Of a DNA stretch of 64,000 nucleotides, positions 50,680-59,203 are shown in pieces (position 1 is the first letter of the stretch; each line of letters begins with the position of its first letter). The stretch comes from a virus (taxonomy: Duplodnaviria > Caudoviricetes). The stretch covers positions 192,001-256,000 of the IMG/VR virus record IMGVR_UViG_3300021978_000001, one strand, 5' to 3'. Both the position numbers and the translations under genes were made by a program. The notes beneath the pieces were generated by a model. The model searched no databases and was not told the DNA's origin. It saw nothing but the letters and a program-made list of their open reading frames with translations.

Positions 50680-50867
50680 GCTTTCTTGAGCGCGGTCCAG
50701 GCATCAGGGTCAGCATTCGCGAGCGCCTCCCACGAGCCTCCTGTGTTCTCATAGAGCGCCGCGACAGCATCGAGAACAGGCACAGGGCGTTCAGTCACGC
50801 CCATTTTGCGCAACGCTTCATCCACGCAAAGGTGAGCGAAGCGGTCATAACGCTCTGCCATCACCAT
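50640..50867 (-). CDS. hypothetical protein, 75 aa
   Basis: Overlaps terminase stop; AGGAGA RBS. Confidence 0.55.
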   Translation of the reverse strand: MVMAERYDRFAHLCVDEALRKMGVTERPVPVLDAVAALYENTGGSWEALANADPDAWTALKKACKAYVAWKRDQK

Positions 50868-52861
50868 CTCCTCTTGTGCATACGCTGAATCGCACGAAGT
50901 CGTGCGCCGCGTTGAAGCTGTGTGTTGTTACGGCGCCCCTTACGGCGGTGGTACTCGGTCGCAGAACGAGGGACATTATGGTAAGAGGCTTCACCCTGAG
51001 CGTTGTAGTTGGCACCCTTGGCGATATGCGTTTGACGCCCGGACGCCATTACGGAAAGCCATACCGAGCGAATCAACGCATCCGCAAAGTCATCGTGCTT
51101 CCCAACAACATTGGGCGCCGCGACTTCGACCACCTTCTTGGACTTGTAGCTCGCTTGCAGCTCCAACAACTCCTCGATGTAGGGCGCAGACTTGACCACA
51201 CCCGTGCCTTCGAGGTTGGAGAGGTCGATGTTCGAGTCCATGTCATCATCCCCCGCCCCAGTGTCACGCAAGGTGAAATCGTAGAGGCGCAGCTTGTTGT
51301 GGTACATCAGCGTCTTGAACGCGTCGTACATGCGGCTGGTCTCGTCCTTGGTGAATTGCTTGGACTGGATCTGGTCGAGCCCCATCTTGTCAAGTGTCTG
51401 CTGGAAACTCAACGCGTGCCACTGATCGAACAGACCTTCCTTGATGAAGAATTTGCGCGAGACCGCGCGTACCCAGTTGGCCAATTCATCAAAGTCGAGC
51501 ATCTCGACACCAGGCATCTCCTTGACGTAGGGGACCAGGGGCGCGGAGAGGTGCGGGTTCAACTCATACCAATCTGCCCCTGCCTGCCACTGCTCGTGGT
51601 ACACGAGGCGGATGTGCTCCCCTTCAGGGCGCGTCAAAACCAACGCCGTGCGGTCATTGACCACCGCGAGGTCGAGCCCCATGTAATGCGCTTGCCTCGC
51701 CTGACCACGAACCTCGGGCTTGAGATCGACATCGACACAAGCCATCAGGTCCTTGCGACGCTCGATCCAACCACTGGCGCGGTCCGTGAACTGCGCTCCA
51801 AATTCGGTATCGAACACGCGTGGGTTCGACGCCTGGAAGTTCCGCAAGAAGTTGACGGGGACTGTGGGGTTAACCTCCCAGGTAGGCGCCTGGATCATGA
51901 GCAAGTCTTCCGAATCCTCCCCGCCACGCTTGGACTGCTGATACTGGTTAAAGAACAGCCCCTCCTTGGCGAACGGCGAGGAGATCAGGATGATGCGACC
52001 CTCGGAGTTCTGAGAGAGCATCTCCCCGGGATTGTTCGGGTCCGCAGGGTTGAAGGTCGCCACAGAAGGCGTCACAGCATCATAAACGTTCTGTGCCGAG
52101 CTTCCGCCCTTGCTCTTGAAGAACGCGACCTCATCGAGAATCACGACGATGTTCGCGAAACCACGAATACCCGAGCTAGACGAGGAGAAGAATCGAATCT
52201 GATAGCTGGCGCGACCATCCTCACGTGCAGAACCCGTCGTATCCAGATCGTGCGGCGTCTGGAACTTCATGTACGTCTGCGTATCATGTGACAGATAAGG
52301 GTCAAAGAACGCACACGTCACGAAGTAGTTGCGGATCGCGTTGTACAAGATCTGCGACTGATCCTTGGTCGGAGCCACAGTAGAAAGCGTGATCTCCGCA
52401 CCTTCAGCCATGCCATAGTAATTCTGAGGATCACCCTTACGCAAGAGCTTGTAGCTCTCGAACGCCCCGATAATCGAAGACACGAAGGACTTCCCAGAAC
52501 GACGACCAATCGGCAGCACGAGCGTTCGACGCATGTGATCTTGAGACTTGAGGTTGCACCGCCCCTGATCGTGCAAGTAAGCCATGTACTCCAACTCGGT
52601 GAAGTTGTAGTAATGCTCGGGCTTTGCACTCTGCGCGTATTGCCACAGCCTGGGGATTTTGATGTTGCGTTCGGTGTTATCCAGTTCGATATGGTAAAAG
52701 GACTTGAGGATAAAGCGCTGCACAGGGTACAGTTGAACACGCTGATCAGGACCCATGTTCAAGCCATAGGGCGAGTCCACGAAATCCATGATCGACATGG
52801 CTTCCGTTTCATTATCGCGGCTCCTACGACCGATGCGACCGAAGAGATCTGAGAGTGACAT
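50861..52861 (-). CDS. terminase large subunit
   Basis: Walker A PIGRRSGKS, Walker B VVILDEVAF, coupling ISSP, nuclease GLDLA and HDDFADA. Confidence 0.9.
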   Translation of the reverse strand: MSLSDLFGRIGRRSRDNETEAMSIMDFVDSPYGLNMGPDQRVQLYPVQRFILKSFYHIELDNTERNIKIPRLWQYAQSAKPEHYYNFTELEYMAYLHDQGRCNLKSQDHMRRTLVLPIGRRSGKSFVSSIIGAFESYKLLRKGDPQNYYGMAEGAEITLSTVAPTKDQSQILYNAIRNYFVTCAFFDPYLSHDTQTYMKFQTPHDLDTTGSAREDGRASYQIRFFSSSSSGIRGFANIVVILDEVAFFKSKGGSSAQNVYDAVTPSVATFNPADPNNPGEMLSQNSEGRIILISSPFAKEGLFFNQYQQSKRGGEDSEDLLMIQAPTWEVNPTVPVNFLRNFQASNPRVFDTEFGAQFTDRASGWIERRKDLMACVDVDLKPEVRGQARQAHYMGLDLAVVNDRTALVLTRPEGEHIRLVYHEQWQAGADWYELNPHLSAPLVPYVKEMPGVEMLDFDELANWVRAVSRKFFIKEGLFDQWHALSFQQTLDKMGLDQIQSKQFTKDETSRMYDAFKTLMYHNKLRLYDFTLRDTGAGDDDMDSNIDLSNLEGTGVVKSAPYIEELLELQASYKSKKVVEVAAPNVVGKHDDFADALIRSVWLSVMASGRQTHIAKGANYNAQGEASYHNVPRSATEYHRRKGRRNNTQLQRGARLRAIQRMHKRRW

Positions 52862-52881
52862 GGGTCCTCCTTGATGGGGGT

Positions 52882-53436
52882 TTACGCGGACGGCCTACCG
52901 CCCGCTTTGATGTACTTCAGTGCCTCCTTCTCCCAGTCCTCGAAGACGGACTGCATGGCGGAGAAAAAGCGCTGAATCATCTCATCAGGCATTTGAGATT
53001 CCATGCATGCCTCCTCGATCTTGTTGCCCCAGAACTCGAACAAGAGCTTGAAGTTCTGTGAGCGGAAATCGAAGGTCTCGTCCAGCATGGTCTCACGTTT
53101 CTTCAAGAACGTGTCGATCACCGCCTTGGTCGCGCTGATCTTCTTGGAAGAAATGCTCGTGGTATCCTTCCCCTTACGCTCCGCCTCACTGCGCTCGAAA
53201 TCCAGGCTCCCGGCTTCCTTGGCCAGCTCAAGCATGGCAAGGTCCAGGATGTCCATCGAATGAGGCGCCTCTTCGAGACGGGTGATCAAGGGGTTGTCAC
53301 GTAGGTGCTTGCGCTTGTTGCGCATGAGCTGTGCGACCTCTTCGTCCACAGGCTCGATGGGAATCTTGGGAGGACGTCCAGGTCCCCTCTTTTTCTCCAC
53401 GCGCTCCAACTTGACAATCTGTAGTTTCCCCATCAC
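52882..53436 (-). CDS. putative terminase small subunit
   Basis: Immediately upstream of TerL; AT-hook-like KKRGPGRPPK and helical body. Confidence 0.45.
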   Translation of the reverse strand: MMGKLQIVKLERVEKKRGPGRPPKIPIEPVDEEVAQLMRNKRKHLRDNPLITRLEEAPHSMDILDLAMLELAKEAGSLDFERSEAERKGKDTTSISSKKISATKAVIDTFLKKRETMLDETFDFRSQNFKLLFEFWGNKIEEACMESQMPDEMIQRFFSAMQSVFEDWEKEALKYIKAGGRPSA

Positions 53437-53459
53437 GACCTCCTTAACTGTGGTTCCGG

Positions 53460-54146
53460 TTAGCGCAACTGTGCAGCAACACGCTTGAGCATGGCCGCCT
53501 CATTCGGCATATCCAATGCCGAGAAGAGTACCCCCATGGCAAACGTGATCAGGTACGCCTGTTGGCGCATCTTCTTGGGATCTTGGGACATCACGGCGTC
53601 GATAAACTTCGAGCCTCCCGCGCGGAGCTGACCCGCGAGCTGACGAATCTGACCGAAGGCATCTGCGGTAAGCTCCAACGAGCCATAGACAGACAAATCA
53701 GGGCTGACCATTTTGGTCGTATCCAGATGAAGCGTTACCTCCATCTCGCCCCCACGACCCGGCGTGATCTTCAACCTACGGACAGGCACACCTCGTCGAT
53801 CGAGAAGCCTCATCAATGTCTTCTCATCTTGCCGAGCACGGTCCAAATCCTCGATGAACTGAAGCTCTGGGTCCATGGCCACATTCACCCGGTACGTCGC
53901 TCGAATCACATCAGGACCATGCAAGTACGCATCGACATGACGACCGTTGTAATCGCTCATCCTCTTCAACTCACGGCGTACCATCTCAAGGTAGTTCTCG
54001 CGAGTAGACGCTTGACGGTTAGCACTAGGCGAAGAACCCTCCATCGTCGCGGTGACCATGGCGATCACAGGCTTGAGATTTTCCCGAAGCTCGGGGTTCG
54101 CGTTCCCGAGGCGGATGAGTTGGTTTTGTAGCTTCATCAGGTCCAT
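53460..54146 (-). CDS. leader-tagged protein 14
   Basis: MDLMKLQNQLIRLGNANPELRENLKPVIAMV...NRQAS. Confidence 0.85.
   Translation of the reverse strand: MDLMKLQNQLIRLGNANPELRENLKPVIAMVTATMEGSSPSANRQASTRENYLEMVRRELKRMSDYNGRHVDAYLHGPDVIRATYRVNVAMDPELQFIEDLDRARQDEKTLMRLLDRRGVPVRRLKITPGRGGEMEVTLHLDTTKMVSPDLSVYGSLELTADAFGQIRQLAGQLRAGGSKFIDAVMSQDPKKMRQQAYLITFAMGVLFSALDMPNEAAMLKRVAAQLR
54061..54077. repeat. 17-nt exact repeat, copy 5 of 5
   Basis: GCGATCACAGGCTTGAG. Confidence 0.9.
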
Positions 54147-54164
54147 CGAGGTTCTCCTTAGTGT

Positions 54165-57113
54165 TCAGTCGATCTGCCAATCGGCAGTCATTTCCATGTC
54201 GAAACTTCCTGGCCCTTCCTCGTGCAGATCGAAGTCCAAGCCCCCCGCAGAAGGCGCGAAGTCGAACTCGTTCATCAAGGCGTATCCCGTGGGCGCCGAA
54301 GAGCTGGTATCACTTGCCTTCTGAAACTGAGCTTGCGCTTCATGCTTGGCGGCCTCACGCTGCTGCAAGTAGGCTTGTGCCTTCGCGACATCCACACCGC
54401 GCTGTTCGAGCTGACCATGGTGTGCCTTGACATACCCGGAGTGCTTGGCGTTGTGGTGAGGAAACGCCGTGTGCGCGAGATACGTGCGCTGCTTGGCCGT
54501 TCCAGAAGCCTCGCGCAGGCGAGATGCTTCCGCCTGTGTCAGCTCACCCTTGCGGACACGCTGACCCAAAGCACGATCGACCGTGGCGTCACTGTACTGT
54601 GGCGAGGCAACGAGCTTGCGGTCATAAACCTTGCACTGCCCCTCGACATTGAAGCGGCAACCTGTACACTTGGAGGCTTGCACCACCTGATTGACTGTCG
54701 TCGAAGTCTTCTCGGCACCAAGATGGCAATCATCATAGGCATCCGCGACCACGTAAGCGCGACCATAAAGACCCTCTTCCTCACGCATCGCGAGCACGAC
54801 CGGCGCCTGGTCCACGATCTTCTCGTAGGAGAAGGCACGCTTGATGTCATCCGAGAGACGCGCACCATACGACCCTGCCATCATACGATCACGCATGAAG
54901 CGACCCGCGCGCGTCTTGAAAAATGCACCGAGAGGAGGAATCGAACCCTTCGCTTTGAAGTCAGACGCCGTAACCACCTCGATGATCTTGCGCGCTTGCT
55001 TGAGACGATCCGGCGAACTCGACGCACGCTTGGAAGCCGTGCGCTCGTCACCTGCCAGGTAGATGTCCCCGAGCGTGTCATAACCGAGACGCTTCGAGAG
55101 ACGATCGAGCATGCGATCCCCTCCTGCCTGACGGAGATAGTCTTCGAGCACAGCGAACGCACGCTTGGTCTTGGTGGTCGCGAGACGCTCGACGAACGCG
55201 CGCATGCGATCATTACTGACATACTCGGGGCGCCACTGACGGTAGGGGCTATCGTGTGTCGCGACCTTGGCCTTGACCTGGCGCGCGTATGCCGCATGAG
55301 CAATCTTCTGAACCTCGGGGCCTGAGAGCTTACCGAGCTTATCGATCGTTCGACGCAAATAAGACTGACGCGCGTTCCCTTCGAGCTGCTTCAAATCCGC
55401 CATACGCGCCGCAATGGGTGCGTGCGCGTGCGCAGACGTGAAGAACGTCTCACGGTTATCATCAGTGAGGTAAGGCAACTGCGCCAGATGAGCGTGGCGC
55501 TCTCCCAGGGACGCGAGTTGCTTCGCGGTCACCAGGCTCGTGTCCACATACAAGCGACCGAGCAAATGCAAGTGTGCCTGGAGATCGCGCATCGAAGGAT
55601 CAGATGCCACGAGCGTCGAGACACGCTTTCCGTGATCTCCCGAGAGCATCGCCTCGATAACCTCGGTGCGGTTGGCTACCTTGCGCTTGTTGGCAACCTT
55701 CACACGCTCAGGGGTGTATGCCGCGAACCGATCGAGCGCCTCCCCTTCTGTGATACCCTCGGTAGGATCATAGACATACTTGGCCGCGTGCATCTGCACA
55801 CGTTGCGGCAAGGGACGCGCATACACGCCCTGAGCAAAGGAGAGCGCCTCCTCGCGAGATGCCTGACGCATCATAGCCCAGAGCTTGTCAAAGCGCTCCT
55901 GGTGCTTTTCAGCGCGCTTCTGAGTAGGCCCATGCGTCAACTCAAGGTAGCGGTTGAGCACCGATGCCAGGAGAGAAGCATGACGCACATCGACAAACGA
56001 CGCGCTCGTGTAAGACGAGATCTCGGTTTCATTGTAGGGAATCCCCACGATGAAAGGAGGTGGCGTATCCAGCGCCTCGATAAACGAAGCTGCTTCCTTG
56101 TAGGTCGGGAAGTACGCGATGTTCGCGTACAACGAACCCATCAAGTGGAGATCTTGCTTGAGCGGCGCGAGGTCCGGGTCATGCTTGACACGTTCGACGA
56201 TCGTAGGCCCATGCTCACCCGAGAGCATCGCCTTTGCCCAACGAAGCTGCTTGCGGCGAAGCTGTACATTCCCGACGATCTCTTGCGTGCTCTCGGAAGC
56301 CATCAGGCGCCTGGCCGCTTCCTGCGGAGAAACGGAATCCGCGAGGTGAGCCTGCACAGGCTTGTGGCCCTGTGCAACTTCCCTGGCGCGCGGAGCACGA
56401 AGCATGGCTTGCTGGATGCGCTCCTTGACAGGCAACCCTTGCAGGTCTGCGATGTCCTTGTCTCGCAGGCGACCCTTGACTTGATCCCAAAGCGACTCAT
56501 CATACTGCACATCGAAGACAAGCTGCTTGGTAAAGACCGCGCAACGTCCTTCCTTGTTGTGCACACAATCCACGCACTCGCTTTTGGCGAGGACATAATT
56601 TGCCTGACGGTTGGTCGCGGTGAGATCCCGGACGAGACCTCCAGCGGCGCACTTCGGGAACAAACGCGAATCGAGATACACCGAGCCCAGAAGCCCTCGC
56701 TCACCGAGGACCGCGCGAATACGATCGAGCGACGCACTGAGTGTCCGAGGATCGAACTTCAACTTGAGGTTGGCGATAACCTGCTTGGCCTTGACACCCG
56801 CTTGAACCTGCGCCTTCGTGAAGTGCTCGACAAGCGCAACCGCTTCTGCATCCGTAATGCGCCCGAAGTGTGGACGCTCGGACCAAAACGGTGTCGTGGG
56901 TTGCACAGGCTCGCGATTTTCAGCGGCGAGATGAAACGCCTGCGCATCAGTCAAGTCCTTGAAATGTGCCAGCAGCTCGGGGACGGAATCCAGGTTTTGA
57001 TGTGGCAGCGTCTCCATATAGAGACGGTACTCTTCAGGGCTCACCTCCAACCAGGACAGGTCGTTGACGGGCTCTTCATCGAGAAAATGTCCAATATCTC
57101 CCAGGTCAGCCAT
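54165..57113 (-). CDS. large repeat protein (~980 aa) with two 4-Cys clusters
   Basis: Four GL(L/M/Y)GxxYxD-like modules; ECVDCVHNKEGRC and KCTGCRFNVEGQC; start re-assigned to 57113. Confidence 0.7.
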   Translation of the reverse strand: MADLGDIGHFLDEEPVNDLSWLEVSPEEYRLYMETLPHQNLDSVPELLAHFKDLTDAQAFHLAAENREPVQPTTPFWSERPHFGRITDAEAVALVEHFTKAQVQAGVKAKQVIANLKLKFDPRTLSASLDRIRAVLGERGLLGSVYLDSRLFPKCAAGGLVRDLTATNRQANYVLAKSECVDCVHNKEGRCAVFTKQLVFDVQYDESLWDQVKGRLRDKDIADLQGLPVKERIQQAMLRAPRAREVAQGHKPVQAHLADSVSPQEAARRLMASESTQEIVGNVQLRRKQLRWAKAMLSGEHGPTIVERVKHDPDLAPLKQDLHLMGSLYANIAYFPTYKEAASFIEALDTPPPFIVGIPYNETEISSYTSASFVDVRHASLLASVLNRYLELTHGPTQKRAEKHQERFDKLWAMMRQASREEALSFAQGVYARPLPQRVQMHAAKYVYDPTEGITEGEALDRFAAYTPERVKVANKRKVANRTEVIEAMLSGDHGKRVSTLVASDPSMRDLQAHLHLLGRLYVDTSLVTAKQLASLGERHAHLAQLPYLTDDNRETFFTSAHAHAPIAARMADLKQLEGNARQSYLRRTIDKLGKLSGPEVQKIAHAAYARQVKAKVATHDSPYRQWRPEYVSNDRMRAFVERLATTKTKRAFAVLEDYLRQAGGDRMLDRLSKRLGYDTLGDIYLAGDERTASKRASSSPDRLKQARKIIEVVTASDFKAKGSIPPLGAFFKTRAGRFMRDRMMAGSYGARLSDDIKRAFSYEKIVDQAPVVLAMREEEGLYGRAYVVADAYDDCHLGAEKTSTTVNQVVQASKCTGCRFNVEGQCKVYDRKLVASPQYSDATVDRALGQRVRKGELTQAEASRLREASGTAKQRTYLAHTAFPHHNAKHSGYVKAHHGQLEQRGVDVAKAQAYLQQREAAKHEAQAQFQKASDTSSSAPTGYALMNEFDFAPSAGGLDFDLHEEGPGSFDMEMTADWQID

Positions 57114-57702
57114 GGCCACCCCTCCTGTTGACGTTGAGCGTCGCCTTCTTGACGACCTCTTCCTTGTACTCACGCTCGACGAACGCATCAGGGTTCAAGC
57201 TGATCTCATCAGATTCTTCGAGCATCTGCTCGGCTTCTGCTTCCTCGGAAGCGGGGATAGCTAGAGCGGTAGCGTCCCAGTGCGCGGCACGAAGTTCATC
57301 ATAAAGTGTGTCCTGGAGCGCGCTCAGGGTCTCGACGGAATCCGTCATCGACTTGCGCATCCCCTTGATCGTCTGAATAAACCCTGCGCCTCCCAGCTTC
57401 CCATCAGGGGAAATGGAGACTGCCTTGATCTTGGAGAAGGTCGAGTGCGCGCTGATCAAGTGACCGAGCGCGACAGAGACCGACCACAGAACCTTCGCGA
57501 GTGGCTTCTTGGCTTTGGGGTTGTACTCATAGGCGTCGGGCAGAACGCGACCTTCCGGTCCCTGGTCCTTGATGAAACGAATTTCACCAGCGGTCCTGGT
57601 CATGGTATAACCCGAAGCCTCCAGATGGCGACGCGCGACCTCAGACGCCAGACGAAGCGTGCGCTCAGGCGTCATCGCATTTGCGGTGTGCTTTCGGGTC
57701 AT
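57106..57702 (-). CDS. hypothetical protein with EVARRHL motif
   Basis: RLASEVARRHLEASGYTMTRTAG. Confidence 0.7.
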   Translation of the reverse strand: MTRKHTANAMTPERTLRLASEVARRHLEASGYTMTRTAGEIRFIKDQGPEGRVLPDAYEYNPKAKKPLAKVLWSVSVALGHLISAHSTFSKIKAVSISPDGKLGGAGFIQTIKGMRKSMTDSVETLSALQDTLYDELRAAHWDATALAIPASEEAEAEQMLEESDEISLNPDAFVEREYKEEVVKKATLNVNRRGGHG

Positions 57703-57708
57703 GGTGTA

Positions 57709-58002
57709 TCACTCCGCCTTGAGGGGGTTACCCTCACTATCCGTAAGGCGCTCGACCACCCAGTGGCCATCTTCCCCTTGACGCAGCTTCCAGAAGTCCT
57801 GCTCCGACTTGCGAACCAGAAGATCCTGTGCGACACGACGGAAACCCTTGAGCTGCTTCACAGACGCCACACGAAAGCTCTGAGGCGGCGCGGCAACCTG
57901 AGCAGCACGAAAATCGACAGGCTCGGGCTCCTCACCGAGGTAAGAATCCAGGCCGGATTCGCCCATGGTCAATGCGTGAATATCGAAGTCTTTGTAGTCC
58001 AT
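57709..58002 (-). CDS. hypothetical protein, 97 aa
   Basis: GGGAG RBS; FRRVAQDLLVRKSEQDFWKL. Confidence 0.7.
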   Translation of the reverse strand: MDYKDFDIHALTMGESGLDSYLGEEPEPVDFRAAQVAAPPQSFRVASVKQLKGFRRVAQDLLVRKSEQDFWKLRQGEDGHWVVERLTDSEGNPLKAE

Positions 58003-58027
58003 GGTGGTATCTCCCTTGGAGGTGAGT

Positions 58028-58300
58028 TCAAAAGCCAGTCAACGTGAGCCCATCCTTGTGCGCAGCATCCGCGACAGCCGAAGCCACCTCACGGTACTGT
58101 GTCAAGAAAGTCACGTAATCAAAGCCCCGGGTCGAGGCCAGGCGATTGGGGTAAGCCGCTTGCATGCGAGCGCTGAAGGAGGTCAGATGCCGCTCATCAC
58201 TGAAATACACAGTCAGCGTCGAGGTGACCTGACCCACGCGCTCCAGATAAGCATGCGCGACTGTCTTGGACATCACCACATGTTTGGTGGTCTTTCGCAT
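58028..58300 (-). CDS. small protein with TVAxxYL motif
   Basis: MSKTVAHAYLERV. Confidence 0.6.
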   Translation of the reverse strand: MRKTTKHVVMSKTVAHAYLERVGQVTSTLTVYFSDERHLTSFSARMQAAYPNRLASTRGFDYVTFLTQYREVASAVADAAHKDGLTLTGF

Positions 58301-58327
58301 CTAGGGCCTCAAAATCCTGGTATCAGT

Positions 58328-58358
58328 GGGGTACTGTACATAACTCATACAGTACCCC
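58328..58358. other. perfect 11-bp stem-loop at the boundary between replication and virion modules
   Basis: ggggtactgta-cataactca-tacagtacccc; no U-tract. Confidence 0.7.
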
Positions 58359-58399
58359 CCATAAACAGAATATCACGTCATGAGGCTATCGTGTGCGGC

Positions 58400-59203
58400 T
58401 CACACGAGCGAGTGCTTGGGGCGGGAGGTCCACTTGGGCGAACGAATTTCGCGCAGAATGTTGAAGTGGTACCGAATGGTCAAGAAGGTCTTGTAGTAGT
58501 CACCCAACAACAGAAGGTCGGGCGGGAGGACTTCATCGTCATCAATCTCGCGCATCGCGTTGACCACCCAGAAGAGCAAATCATCTTCCGGGGCCTTGAC
58601 CTCGGGCAGGGCGCCTTCTTTCCTGAGATCATCATAGTCTTCGATCATCTCACACACGCGAACTGCTTCCGGTCCGAGTTGCACATCAGACAAGCTGTAA
58701 TCCCATTCCAGGAGGCGGTCACAAAGATGATCACCGAGCTTGGCGAGGTTAGCAATGTACCGATGACGCACACGCCCTTGCGAGATGTCGAGGATTTTGG
58801 CCACTTCTGATTGGCAAGTCGAGAGGAACATCTCCGAGAAGATGCGCGCATCGAGTTCTTCCATCAACCCGTGTAGATCCGTGAAGATCTGTTCCTTGCT
58901 CACCTCGGGGATCTCGATCAGAAAGCGGATACGCATCAGCGCGCGCTGGAGACGATAAGACACCGCTGCCTGAGTCACGCTGAAGATCTCTGCGATGTCG
59001 GTCTGGCGCTTCCCTCTGAAAAAGTAAAGGCGAACCAGGTCGGCTTCCCGCGCGGGAAGCCGGTCGAGGACCGCCTTGATCTTATCGAGATGTAGGTTCT
59101 TCCACTGCTCGTCTGTCTCCGGCAGCGGTTCGAGACCATCACCCTGTGAAAAGCGGGCGGCGATTTCCTGGGGGTCGAGGGGTTGGATATAATACGCTGT
59201 CAT
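58400..59203 (-). CDS. sigma70 region-4-like protein with two tandem HTH domains
   Basis: LDRLPAREADLVRLYFFRGKRQTDIAEIFSVTQAAVSYRLQRA and ..CQSEVAKILDISQGRVRHRY. Confidence 0.75.
   Translation of the reverse strand: MTAYYIQPLDPQEIAARFSQGDGLEPLPETDEQWKNLHLDKIKAVLDRLPAREADLVRLYFFRGKRQTDIAEIFSVTQAAVSYRLQRALMRIRFLIEIPEVSKEQIFTDLHGLMEELDARIFSEMFLSTCQSEVAKILDISQGRVRHRYIANLAKLGDHLCDRLLEWDYSLSDVQLGPEAVRVCEMIEDYDDLRKEGALPEVKAPEDDLLFWVVNAMREIDDDEVLPPDLLLLGDYYKTFLTIRYHFNILREIRSPKWTSRPKHSLV

Noticed and set aside
24697-54077. CRISPR array, DGR or integron-like attC array from the 17-nt repeats
   Set aside because: The repeats are dispersed over 30 kb, in-frame within coding DNA and not palindromic; no regular spacers, reverse transcriptase, cas or integrase gene is in the window.
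24339-54146. Leader as a Sec/Tat/lipoprotein signal peptide or a RiPP leader
   Set aside because: It has no hydrophobic core, twin-Arg or lipobox, no modifying enzymes or transporter are nearby, and the tag also occurs internally and C-terminally.
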